Source: the human T2T-CHM13v2.0 reference genome, Homo sapiens. Taken from it: a DNA stretch of 64,000 nt. A program made the translations under genes and the position numbers. Shown here one piece after another: positions 44,366 to 59,250 of the stretch (its first letter is position 1; each line of letters opens with the position of its first letter). The notes under the pieces were generated by a model, which saw nothing but the letters and a program-made list of their open reading frames with translations, had not been told where the DNA came from and searched no databases. The stretch lies in NCBI RefSeq assembly GCF_009914755.1, contig NC_060944.1; one strand, written 5' to 3'.

Positions 44366-46238
44366 GCCTCTCACTAATCCACATATTTAGGGCCCAATAT
44401 TTAGAAGAACTGAGTAAATGATGGAGATCACGTTTCCATTAGAGGACAGGCTGATTTAATTGTGGCATCAAATAACAATGTCCAAATATAATAGCTAGAA
44501 TTCCATTGAATCATAAACGAATTTACCAAAACATCTTTTAAAATGAAGTCTGTGAAGACATTTTCATCCCTCAATCAGGCAGACCTGAGTTAAATTTTAC
44601 TTCTGTAATTTTTAATTTTTCAAATTATATAAGAAATCTATCAATGTATGATCTTTTTAACAATGCAGATGAATAATTTTTTAAAGACCTTTTTAATCAT
44701 TAACCCTACTCAACCACTGTCTTTAGTTTTTTACACAATAGATCTTTTTTTATATCAATAAAATATCAATTAAAAAAGATCTATTGTGTATAGATATGTA
44801 AAGTAACATCTCCACTTTCCCATGGCCCATCAATGACACAGGGGAATATGTCTATATTCTGTAAATTTTTAAGTTTTGTAATTTATTTTGGAGATGTTTC
44901 CGTAGCAGCACGCATAGATGGCCCTTATTCTCAACATCTGCAACGTGTTCTACAGTGTGAATTGTCCTGTTTTTGGACCTTTCTCCTGTTTATAGATCTC
45001 TATGTTTGCAGTATTTCAGTGGTAGACACAATGTTGCCATGAAGTCTCTACATATTCTTAAACTTTAAGAAAGCTATCTAGACTTAGAATTTCTGAGTCA
45101 AGGGCATGCACCTTTAACCATGTGAGATACTGTCAAGTCATGCTTCAAAAGTACTATGCTGACTTTGAAGTCCACAAATCAGTGTGATTGATGGCTTGGT
45201 TACATCCCTTAAAAACACTGGATAGTATCCAGGTTTTAAATGTTGTGACTGTCTCGCCAAAACAAGCAAGACTTGCTGCTAATATAATGCGCATTTAATT
45301 GAGAAGAGTTTGTCCACTTATTGATCATTTGTATGCTTTCTTCAGTGAACTTTTCATTCATATACTTTAGGCATTTGTCTAGTCTGCAGCTTCTATTTTT
45401 TTTTCTTATTGATCTGTATAAATTCTGAATGAGTTCCTTGTTGGTTATACAACATACTAATTTAAGTTTTTTCTGTGTCCCTTTTATTTTTTCACAGAGA
45501 TTTTTCTCCTTTATAAGGTCGATTTTATTATTTTCTTTTATCTGGCACTTGAGTCTTTAAGACATTTTTCTATTGTAAGTCTGAAAATCCTCATTTTCTA
45601 ACATTTTAATAGTTTTAATAATTATCTTTTATTTCATCTGGAACATAGTCTCATAGTCAGGGAGGGATCTTGCTCTCCCCCTACTAAGGGATATTCAGTT
45701 ATTGCCTCAGTATTCATTGAATTGTTTCCCAACAGACTTGCAGGTCATCTTTTTTAGGCAGTAAACATTCCCATATTTGCATCTGTTTCTGGGCTCTCTT
45801 TCTTTGATCTCTTCATCTGTGCTGATGACATTCCTAACCCACTTGAATTACTACAACTTGACTCTGCACCCTGGCAAGAACAAGACCTTCATTAACTTTT
45901 CATGTAAAAAACTAGTCTGTCACATTTTTCCCTTGTGTGAAAATCATGTATCTGTTTATCACAGTTTATAAAATAATCTTAATGGATTTTTTAAATGGAG
46001 ATACTATTGAATTTATGTATATACTTGGGAGACCTGACATGGTTCTAGTATTACTTGCAAAGAACTTTTGACTGTTCATATTGAGAGACTCTGTCAAATC
46101 TTTAGTTTTGACTGATTTATAATACTGGTCCAAAACCCAGTAGGTTCAAGACTCAAGAAGAGCTGATGCTCCAGTTTCAGTCTGAATCAGCAAAAAACCG
46201 ATGTCCCATCCCATGCAGTCAGGCAGGACGAATTCCCT

Positions 46239-46344
46239 TATCATTCTGCTTGGGTGGGATTCTGACTTAGAGGTATTTGGTCATAATCCCACAGATGGTA
46301 GCTCTACCCCACTGACTCAGCCAAGCATGAACACCAAATGTATG
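46239..46344 (-). pseudogene. 28S (LSU) rRNA-derived fragment
   Basis: gggattctgacttagagg...tcataatcccacagatggtagc...ctcagccaagca...acaccaaatgt matches antisense 28S rRNA as I recall it, with CpG decay. Confidence 0.85.
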
Positions 46345-46501
46345 TTTCCTTAGCTGTTACTTTATCATAAGTAATTTTGTCTTCCTAAACTCTACAAGAG
46401 TAAATCATACTTTTATTGTCTGCACTTTCTATTATAGCTTTTGGTCACATATTCTAATGTATCCTTATATCCTGTGTGATTCCCTAGAATGCCCAATTTG
46501 A

Positions 46502-46780
<279 letters not shown>

Positions 46781-47103
46781 TGAATTTTCTAACTTCATAT
46801 TCTTCAGTAAAGCATCGTAGCTCTGTGTTAAGAGAAGACATTTTCATCTTGGGATGATACAAGCTTCCTATTCCCCACTGTCCTCAAAATCATCACACCA
46901 TTCTCCAAAACTATAGTCTGAGGCTGTCATATGCCTAAGAAACAGCTGGGGAATGGTTTAAAATGAAGATGGTTTTTTATACAAAAACACTGCTTTAGAG
47001 GTTCTGGGAAGATTGAGATGTTAATGAGATTCCTCATCACTAAAAATGTGGGTCTAAATTCTGTAATAACCACAGCATGGTCAAGATCATTTATTTTTCT
47101 TAG

Positions 47104-47199
47104 GAAACTGGACTTATAAGGCACACGTGATGTCCTCTTTGAAGCAAGGGAAGGAGCCCTGGATGATGGAGAGAGAGGTGACAGGTGATCCCTGCCCAG
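47104..47199 (+). CDS. ZNF840P: KRAB-B exon (96 bp)
   Basis: ttttcttag| GNWTYKAHVMSSLKQGKEPWMMEREVTGDPCP |gtaac; open reading frame, phase 1-1. Confidence 0.9.
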
Positions 47200-48327
47200 G
47201 TAACAAACAGATGGAAGTCATCACAGCTCACACCTCAACTCAGAGTAACCTGGACACTCCCCCTCCAACCCCCACCAGGAGGTGACAGGAGAAGAGCTTT
47301 CCCCTGGGCTTCTGTCCATGAGTTTCCAAAGGAATCTTTACCCCACGTTTATCACTCTCCCTGTACCCTTTTTGTTATAATTCTAGTCTTAGGACAGTAA
47401 ACGGTGTGCTGGGAAAAGTTTGGAATTTAAGTTACTACCCAAATGGATAAAAGGATGAATAGCTGAATAGGTCAAAAAACTTGTCAGTGATTACAATGAA
47501 TGAATGGGTTAGCTCGGAAAAGTGTCACAGAAGGTTTTTTTTGTTTTTTTTTTTAAGAAAATTCTGGAGAGAGACTGATTTTCTCTTCAGGTTATTAGTT
47601 TAGAGAATGACAAATCAGGAAAACAAATTTACCATCTAGTTGGAAAGAGACGACTACCTTCATTAACAGAAGGTAGAACTCACCAGAATGTAAGATGATC
47701 CAGAGATTTCAGAGAAACTTGTTTCTCGAGTTTCAGTGCTGACATCAGGGAAGGCAGCTCATTCATAGGCTCCTAAAAGTCAGGGGATAAAAAGCTGGGT
47801 TAGATGATGATGAATTTCGGTCTGGAGTATCATTTTATCTAAAGAGTAAAATACCAAATTCATTTAAGCTATGGGCATTTTGGAAAGTGGACTGGAATCC
47901 ACTTATTAAAGATTTTATAAGAATTGTTCACAAGAATTCCAAATAACCCTGTTTATTCTTTAAATACTTAATAACTTGGTCCAAACTCCTCTCCTACCCC
48001 CAAAATACTTCTTTTCTCTCCCTTAAACTTTCATTTTTTATGCACCTCTGAACATTTTTCTATGAAGTTATAGTCACTTTCACATTTACTGCAAGATGTT
48101 TTTCGGATCTCTCCACTGCCGCCTTGTGGCTTTAGAACACAAATCTGTTTACTTTGTTTTGTGACATATTTGAATAAAACCATGTATCCTGTTTAGGGCT
48201 GGCAATGTGGTAGTGGGAGGGTTGGAAATTGGATACAAAAATTGAGTCAATCAATTGTCACTGTTGCTCTAGTCAAGATTCCATCGTTATTTTGTATAAC
48301 CTTCATTTATAATTCATTATGTCATTA

Positions 48328-48537
<210 letters not shown>

Positions 48538-49719
48538 CTAATTGTAAAATATGCACGATTTTATATATGGCTGCACTCTTATTTAAACAGCATGCTGCAC
48601 AAATCTCACTTCTTACCTTTCTACTTGGCTGTTTCTGAAATCTTTACTTGTTATATCTACATGTCTTTTTAGTGCCATATAATATTCTTTAACATGCATC
48701 CATCACACAGCCAGTTTTAGGGAAAAAAAATCCTAAATCTCTACAATTCCTTCTGACCCAAATCTCACATGCTCCCTTTAGAATGTATAACAATTTTCTG
48801 GGTCACAGGGCATATTATAGTTTGACAAAACGTACCCAGATTACTTTCTGGACATCTGTGAATTTTACACTCCACCCACATTACTTGTCTTTCCTGCATC
48901 TCACCACTGCTTGCTAACATTTGCATTTTAGTTGGCTCCATTTTGGTAGTTTTGTCTCCTTGTTTTAATTCTCATTTCCCTAATAGTAAGATGAAGCTCA
49001 CATGATATTCTCGTCATCCACTCACTATTCAGCTTTTTTGAATTGCTTCTTCATGTTCTTTGCTCATTTTCTAAATTTTTTTCTTTTCTTTGTGGAATTG
49101 AATATATTTTATGTTATATATAAGGTATTTTTTGGTTTAAAATGTACGGTTACTCCTGTCAATCTGTCATTTGCCTGTTGACTCTGGGGCTTCTCTTGAT
49201 CAGAAATCCTTCGTTTTTTATCACATCCATAGCATGTTTGACTTACAGCATTTGCTTATTGTCTTTTTGTTGTTGTTTAAGAAGCCCACTGCATCCTAGA
49301 CCACAAAGACATTCTCCTATCAGCATTACGGGTTTAAAATTCACATTTTAATCTGTCTATATTTGTATATGGCATAATGGACAACCAGCCCCATTTTCTC
49401 TGAACAATGAGTCAGTTTTTACAATACCACCCACCAAAGCATCCATCCTGTCCTCACTGACTTATGATGCCATCCTTACACACAAGCCATCAGTACTATA
49501 CATCTATAGAAATCATCTTCTGAAATTTCTTTTATTCCATTCGTGTATTTGTCTGTTCTGGATGAGTATAATATTCTTTTTTATTATAGCAGTGTGGTTT
49601 TCTAGTTATCCATCATAGTGGGTTCTTTTATTTAAAATTAGTTTCGTATTCTTGGAGTGTATTCTTTCACTGATAATCTTGCTTCAAGTATTTTGAAGCT
49701 CTGTGGGTGCAAAAACACC

Positions 49720-50521
49720 TAGAATTATGCTCTGTTAATTCCTTATCCTTATGAAATAAACTTCTTTATCCCTGGAAATACTTATTACTCTAAAATGTAT
49801 TTTGTCTGATATTAACATAGCTACTCTAGCTTTCTTTTAACTGTTAGCATGGTATGTATTTTCCAAACGTCTACTTTCTAACCAATTGTGTCTCTAAAGT
49901 GAGTTTCTTGTAGTTAGCAAATAATTTGGTTTTACTTTCTCATATAAGCTTGATAATCTCCACCTTTTCGTTGAGGTGCTTATACCACTGGGTCTCAATG
50001 GGGAGAAGGGAAGATCTTGCCCTCTAAGGGCACCTGGCAATGTCTGGGTGATCTTTTTGGTGGTAGTAACTGGGTATGTAGGCATGCTGCTGGCATCTAG
50101 GGTGTAACAGCCAGGGATGCCAAGATCCTACATGCATGCGACAGCCCCCATAACAAAGAATTCTCTGATACAAAGGTAAATAGTGCTCAGGTTGTGAAAT
50201 CTTGTGTTTTTATTTTTACATTTACTGTGATTATTGATATGGTTAGGCTTGAGCCTAAATCAAATAGATTTCTATTTGTCATATCTGTTCTTCCCCCTTT
50301 TCTCCTTTATTCTGCTTTATTATCCTTACCCTATTTTGGATTGATTTTTTTTTTTTAGGATTCTATTTTATCACCTTTATTGGCTTATTAGCTGTAACTC
50401 TATTTTAGTGGTTGTGTTGGGATTTGAGTTTATGGTATCTGTCTTTAACTTATCACAATCTACCTGCAAGCGATAGTATACTCCTTCATGTAGAGTGTAA
50501 GAATTATACTGTAGCTCTTAT

Positions 50522-50583
<62 letters not shown>

Positions 50584-51300
50584 CCATAATTTATCTCCAC
50601 CTGCCTTTATGGCGTTGCTGTCATACATTTTACTTTCACGTTATAAGCCCCACAATACATTATTTGTGTTTAATCAGTCAATCTTTTAAAGAGATTTAAG
50701 TAATAGTAATAAACCCATACATATTTACCAGTTACATTTCAGTTGCTTTTCATTCCTTGGTGTAGGGCCAAATTCCCATCTGGCATCCCTTTTCTTCTGC
50801 CCTGCAGGACTTCCTTTAAAATTACTTGTAGCGCAACTCTGCTAGTAATGAATTCTTTCATTCTCTGTATTTCTGGAAAGGTCTTTTGTTTGTCTTCATT
50901 TTTGAAAGCCATATGCTGGGCATAGAATTCTAGTTAATAGGTTTTTTTTTTTTTTTTAGTACCTTAAATATTTTGTTCCATTATCTTTTATGCTTGCAGT
51001 GTTTCCAGTGAGAAATCTGATGTCATCTTTGTCTCTGTGCCATGTACATAACGTCTTTTTCCCCCCTCTGGTTGCTTTTACAGTTTTCTCTTTATCACTG
51101 GCTTTGAACAATTTCTTTATAATGTGTCTGAGTGTAATTCTCTTCATGTTTCTTATTGTGTGATTTGCGCTTCTTGGATCTGTGAGTTTATAGCTTTTAC
51201 TGTGTTTGAGAATTTTTTGCCCATTATTTCTTCAAATATTTTTCTCGTCCCTGCCCCCGACCCCCTTCCCCCTCTATTTCAGAGACTCTAGTTGCCCAGA
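49720..51300 (-). mobile_element. Old L1M with a nested MER20-like element (~49985-50205) and (TA)n (~50528-50579)
   Basis: Antisense L1 ORF1/ORF2-like sequence; MER20-type motif ggcaatgtctgg...ctgctggcatctag. Confidence 0.7.
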
Positions 51301-51523
51301 TGCCCAGTACCAACATGATGAAGTTGGTAAATCTTCTACACATTTTTAATAGGACTCACATTTAATGGATGGTAGTACTTTCTTTTAATCCTGACTTCTC
51401 TTTTATATATTCTATTTCTCCAGTTCCTTCCCTCTAAAAGAATTCTCCAACCTGCTATTTCATCTTTGGCTATGTAATTTTGCTATAAATGCCAACCATT
51501 AAGTTCATTTAAACATATCTTCA

Positions 51524-51808
<285 letters not shown>

Positions 51809-52965
51809 TTAAAAACCATATCTTCAAACCAACTGTTCCCACTTTGTCCCTTTTATTACCACTGATTCTGTCCCATGTTGAAATATTTATGTTTTTGAAA
51901 ATATTACTCATGTATATTTATAAATATTCCACTATATCTATACATTTTTCTAAGCACTTCAGTAGCATCTCAGACTAGAATGAAGAAGATAACAGAAACC
52001 TGTGCTGGTTCTCCATCTTATCAGTGGCAGATTTTTTTGTCTGTATTAACATATCTACTATATTTTGTATGTATATAGAAATGCTCAATCTATAATTCGT
52101 ATGTGTGTAGGAATGCTCAAATTTCTTTCTGCAGTTAACCAGTTTCTAGATGTTTTTATTACAAAAAAAGTGCTAGAACTCATGACACCACAGTTTTATA
52201 TAAAGGTAAGTTTGATAGTCTAGGGTTATCAAGATACTGGAAAATAATGGTGTGTTCATGCAATATAAGAACTTCAGTGCAGTGCATGTATATACCAAAA
52301 ATATAATTGGGAACTCTCATTTCTAAGAATCGATACTAGAATATATTTCAAATTAACAAAGATGTAGATTTAAGATTGTTCTTAATGTTCTTAGCAACAA
52401 CAAAAATAAGTACAACTCAAATATCCAAATAGAGCATCGGCCCAATCAATAATGACCCTGTCGCACAGTAAAACATTCAATATCAAATTGATAAGACAGA
52501 TGTGTATTTACTCATAAGTATCCCCAATTCTGATGTTCAAAGGAAAATATTTAAAGTGTAATCACTTTCACAAATTGCTATACCACACAGAAATATTTTA
52601 AAGGGCCTTAATGGAAACAAAACTTTAATCCATGCTTAGGATTTCACGTGATTCTTTTTAGGTTCTTTAAGCTTTTCTGTTTTGGTTATTAAAATTTCAT
52701 TCAGCCATTTTTACAATCACAAGTATAATTATTTCAAGTTTAAAGAAATAGAAAAAAATTCAATGGCCACTGTTGATCACTTAAATCATTCTTGTACGTG
52801 GAGAAACAATTCTCTGCCTCTCCACCTCCACAAACTCCTACTTCTCATCCTACCCCTCTAAAGTCTCCAGTCACTGCACTCTTCTTTCCCTCGCTTTCCT
52901 AATTAACTTGATGTATGTTGCAGTGTCCAGTTCTGATTTTTTTTCTCATATTGTTTTCCTACTAG

Positions 52966-54776
52966 CATGTCAACCAGCATTGGCAACGTTTCGTGCCCTC
53001 AATGAATCTGGGAATGCCTTCAGACAAAGCTTTCACCATGGAGAATACCGAACACATCGTACTTTTGTCCAGCATTATGAATGTGATGACTGTGGCATGG
53101 CTTTTGGGCATGTGTCACAACTTACTGGACATCAGAAAATCCATAAGGTAGGGGAAACCCACGAATATGGTGAAAATACAAGGGGCTTTAGGCATCGCTC
53201 ATCATTTACAATGCTCCAGAGAATATGTACACTATATAAACACTTTGAATGTAACCAATGTGGTGAAACTTTTAACAGACCTTCAAAGGTTATTCAACAT
53301 CAGAGCATGCACAGTGGACTGAAGCCATACAAATGTGATGTATGTCAAAAGGCCTTTAGGTTTCTCTCATCCCTCTCTATACATCAGAGATTTCATGTTG
53401 GCAACAGAGTAAACCTGACTCGGCATCAAAAAACTCATACTCAAAGGAAGCCCTTTTCCTGTAACTTTTGTGGAAAAACCTTTCACCGTTTCTCAGAAAA
53501 AACTCAACATCTATTAATTCATACTAGAAAGAAATATTATACATGTAATTATTGCAAAAAGGAATTCAATCCGTACTCCAAATTTATTCTACATCAAAGA
53601 ACTCATACAGGAGAGAAACCCCACAAGTGTGATGTTTGTGAGAAATCCTTTAAAAGCATCTCAAATCTTAATAAACATCAGAAAACTCATACTGGAGAGA
53701 AGCCCTTTTCATGTAATGAATGTAAAAAAACCTTTGCCCAGCGCACGGATCTTGCTCGCCACCAACAAATCCATACCGGAAAGAAGTCTTTTATTTGCAG
53801 TAGTTGTAAAAAGACCTTTGTCCGTCTGTCAGATCTAACACAACATAAAGGAACTCATACGGGAGAGAGACCTTACCAATGTACGACTTGTGAAAAAGCC
53901 TTTAAATATCGGTCAAACTTTACTAAACATCAGAAAACTCATTCTATAGGGAGGCCCTTTGCATGTAATGAATGTGGAAAGACCTATCGCCTTAACTGGG
54001 AACTTAACCAACATAAAAAAATTCATACTGGAGAGAAACCCTATGAATGTGGTGAATGTGGAAAGCGTTTTAACAATAATTCAAATCTTAATAAACACAA
54101 GAAAATCCATACAGGAGAGAAACACTTTGTATGTAATCAATGTGGAAAAGCTTTTAGCTTAAACTCAAAGCTTTCTCGACATCAGAGAACTCACAATAAA
54201 AAGGAAAACTCCTCTAAAAGCGTCTCAAATCTTAACAAACATCAGAAAACTCATGCTGGAGAGAAGCCCTTTCCATGTAATGAATGTAAGAAAGCCTTTG
54301 CCCAGCGCATGGATCTTGCTCGCCACCAACAAATCCATACTGGAAGGAAACCTTTTATTTGCAGTAGTTGTAAAAAAACCTTTGTCCGTCTGTCAGATCT
54401 AACACAACATAAAGGAACTCATACAGGAGAGAGACCTTACCAATGTACAACTTGTGAAAAAGCCTTTAAATATCAGTCAAACTTTACTAAACATCAGAAA
54501 ACCCATTCTATAGGGAGGCCCTTTACATGTAATGAATGTGGAAAGACCTTTCGCCTTAACTGGAAACTTAATCAACATAAAAAAATTCATACTGGAGAGA
54601 AACCCTATGAATGTGGTGAATGTGGAAAATGTTTTAACAATAATTCAAATCTTAGTAAACACAAGAAAATCCATACAGGAGAGAAACACTTTGTATGTAA
54701 TCAATGTGGAAAAGCTTTTAGCTTAAACTCAAAGCTTTCTCGACATCAGATAACTCACAATAAAAAGAAACCCTAA
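52966..54776 (+). CDS. ZNF840P: C2H2 zinc-finger exon, 18 intact fingers
   Basis: Acceptor ttgttttcctactag| at 52965 is in the phase-1 frame of ORF 52908-54776; no stop until TAA at 54774-54776. Confidence 0.9.
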
Positions 54777-54977
54777 AAAAAGAGGAAGGTGAAGAAGGAT
54801 ATTTAGAGATGACTTACCCTTTGCTAAACTCGAGATCAATGTAGAAAGAATCTTAGTCGAAGCCTAATTCTTCGTGGATTCATGCTGTATGGAGTATCTT
54901 GGAAATATAAATATGTAAATGTTGAAGAAATGGAGATGTGATCAGAAATGTACTTTTTTTATTGCACTGACTTGAAT

Positions 54978-55254
<277 letters not shown>

Positions 55255-55637
55255 TCAACTAAATTTGAAATTGGATAAGGCATTTCCTGTGGTAAGCAGT
55301 GATAAGCTAAGAGGCAGCTAGAAGGCTACAGTGAACATTCATTTTGCTGTTTGTCCATAATCTACTTTCACTGGATTAACAAATAGAGGCAGCTATCTAA
55401 AGATGCAAACTTTTATAGGCTAGATGATGCAACCCTAATTTAAGCGTAAGTAAGGAAAACAAAAGCCATCTCTTCTGGGTGAATTAGAAGTTTTGGAGAA
55501 CTTTTGCTAGTAGACAGTGAAAAGCAAAAAGCTGATCATGGATCTGAACTAAAGGGTAAAGAGTTAGGAGGGGTAACATGAGAAATCCAAAGGTCTTGGG
55601 TCTGTGGTCAAGATGGTTTCTGCTGTCTTGTCTAAAT

Positions 55638-56077
<440 letters not shown>

Positions 56078-57689
56078 AGTGGATATAACTAAGACACCCA
56101 GCCTCCCTGAATAGTTTGCACCATTCTTATATGTTTCTAGAGAATCAAGAAGAAATGGAAAAATTGCAACAATTCTAGGCTTTAGATTCAGAATATGGAG
56201 AACCTATTACTGGGAATATTATGTTATTTGAAATTGATTTCTTGTTGTATGTCTTAAATGCTAAGCTTTCTAGTATATGCTAACACTAGCATGTAATACT
56301 GAATACATTTGAGCCTTGTATAGAAGTCGAATTACTTTCCCAAATTTGTTCTCATAAACGTCGGTGGCAACTTGCCTGTGTTTAGCCAAGTGGGATGGGC
56401 ATAGTTAGGATTGGCCTCAATCCATAGACACTATTCAGTTTCTTCATGCTCTCACCTTTCTTTGCTTTCTCAGATATGACAGGAGCTGCCACAGAGCTCA
56501 AGTGTTGTATAATCCCCAGGTGTGCTTCCTTTCCATCTGCCTCATTACTTGTGTGTTGAGGCATCAGTACGTTTATATCTCTAAGGAAAGGTGTATGTGT
56601 ATATATAGCTCACTTTTTACAAATAACAGACACATCAGTTTTATAGATCTCAAGTTAAATATAAGCCAAAAATGCAACTGAAATAATTTAGCTCAGTACA
56701 AAGAAAATATTGTTATGAATATTATAAAAATGGGAGTGGCTATTGGGATAAAGACAAAAATTATACATGGGACCTGTCATCCCTAATTTTGGTCCTTAAT
56801 ATCCTGGGTTAAAGTTAAACAGGAGCCATTTCATATGTTTCAAATACACGAAGACTTTCCAACACAGCTCCTATCAGGTCAAACTGCTAACTCTAAAGTC
56901 TAGAGTGAGAAAAGTTTCCTAGGACACACCAGAACAACTTGTTCTGAAAAGCCTCATATCCCAAATTCACCATCACTAAACTCAAAAATTTTTCATTGAC
57001 ATCTAACACTTTCTTCTTTGTATCTCTGCCATATTTCCTAGGCGCTGTCACTAATTCCTAAACCCAATGTCTCCAGTTTTGTAAAAAAGATAAAAGAATA
57101 GCCATCATGTAAATGTTAGGCTATTCATAACATTCTCATTGGAAAGTTTCAGCAGAAAGTTTTATATTTTCATTGGGGTTTTAATATTAAAATCACATAA
57201 CAGTTCTATTGTTTAAGCAAAAATAACAGATGGAGAGAGAAGTTAAATACTTCAATTTAGGCTCAAAATATCATCTGCACACCAATGTAAATGATGCATC
57301 TTTTGCATTTAATAATTCCTTATATTTTCATTCTCACATATTTGAGGAGATATAAATCTAACAGAGCGTTTGTGGATTGAATGGAATCCCTCCCTAAAGG
57401 TATGTTGAGGTTTTAACTGCCGGTGCTCATTAATGTGACCCTATTTAAAACTAGGATCATTTTGAAGATGTAATCAAGATCAAATCATACTAGATTAGGG
57501 TGGGTCCTAAGTTCAATCACTGACTTCATAAGAGGGGACACAAGACAACTGGCTGTTGAATAAATGCTTTAACCCTTTTAAAGATTAAATTATCTCTGAA
57601 GATAACTTCCATAGAATGCAAAATTGGAGTCAGCACAGAATATGATCCATGTACCTCATATAAACAATACTAGCCAGTGATTTGATGCA

Positions 57690-59250
57690 GAGACCTATCT
57701 CTTATCCCCCACCTTTTGACCTAAAACATATCTGGCCTGGATAACTTTTAAATTATCATGGGGTATAAGAGTATTTTCTCCATTGTCAGGGAACCAATAT
57801 GAGGATTCTGCCACTAAGTCTGTCTCCACTGTGCATTCTGGGACTGAGGAAATAACCATGGGATGCACGTGTGTTTCCACTGGCAGAAGCAAACCCTCTG
57901 GGAGTTGGATTCAGGCCCAGACTCATCTATCTCCCGACCTTCATAAGTCTCCACTCTGATCATAGGCCACTGTAGTGCTTGGGAACAGCAAGAATTCATA
58001 TAATCAAAGCCAATATCCAAATCCCCATGGAGGTCTGGGTATGTCCTTCTCCCTCATGCATGGCCACGGTGGTAAATGACCACAGATACCCCTGGGAAGG
58101 TCTGGAGGAAGATCTGCATGATGCTTCTATGGCTACATTGCAGGAACCTTCTTAAAAGGTCTTCCTGAAGCCACTTCAGGTCTAGGAATTGGCTTAAGTC
58201 TCAAAGTTGAGTAAGGTGCTATGAATTCCCAATATAATCCCATAAGTCATACTTCTGCCTAGGAGACCCAGAAATTGTTCACCTATATGTCAAGCTGCTC
58301 CTTCGAAGAAAGCCCATTTTCATTATACGGTCTCCATGACGCACTAGCTGTACTGCCAGGCCCAAACCTGATTACCAGTCTTTCCTAAGGCATGCTGTAA
58401 CAGTGTCAGCTTTGTTTCCAAAGGTGAGGTGCTGCTGCATGGCCTCTTCCACTCCCCAGAATCTCATTTTCATTTTGAGGATCTGTTTCCTGGGGCCATT
58501 TCTGGTACCACTTACAGAATCAGTCCCATCAAGAAATAGCTCATTTGAAAGGAGTGAAAGAAAATTGAATGAAGAGACTCTTTACAAAAGTGTGGGAAGG
58601 GTTGTGGGAAACCAACAAGGGATTTACCATCCTTAGCCCTGAAGGGAAAGCAGGAGGGTGGTGCCTTTGAAATCTGTCACTTTGGCTTAGCTGATTCTAT
58701 GTTCCCTAGAACTCCCTTCCCTGTATGTTTCCAGTGAGGGTGGGTCACAGACGACATTTTGGCGTGAGATCTGGAGGGTGCTCGCAGAGGAGCAATCATC
58801 TTGCTTTTATGCTTAGCAAGGCTTCTGCACCCGACACATTTCTTACCTGCTGGTTCTTGTTGGCATGGCTCAGTAGATGAGCCTGTGGCTGCTCTCCTTT
58901 CCCCAGGATCTCCTCCAGCTCTTTCAGCTCCTGGGCTAGGTGTGTGCTTAGCAACACCACAAATGGCACCAACCTCTGTAGGACACCCACATCGTTTAGG
59001 TAGAAGACAGTAAAAACTGCCACAGCTTTGTCTGTGGGTTCCAGCTTGTCTTTATTCTCTTAGTGTTCACTTTCACTACTTGCTTGGCCTGCAGAATTAA
59101 AGTACCAGCATCAGCCATGAGGACAGTCACATAACAGCCTTCCCGTAATAGCCTGGAGTCAAATCTTGATAACAAATTTGTCATCTACAGAACATACATA
59201 TGGCTCTGCTGCTCTGATTGAACTCTAAGTGATGCAGGAAGGAAATGACT
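57690..59250. mobile_element. Old ERVL/MaLR-like internal and LTR remnants
   Basis: Antisense PBS-like tctggtacca at 58501 and degenerate LTR-like ends; boundaries uncertain. Confidence 0.45.

Noticed and set aside
52908-52965. N-terminal 19 codons of the 622-aa ORF
   Set aside because: Intronic polypyrimidine tract; the exon starts at 52966.
53629-54726. Alternative-frame ORFs (ILERNPMNVV...) over the finger exon, and similarly 63363-63758
   Set aside because: Standard shifted-frame shadow of C2H2 repeats.
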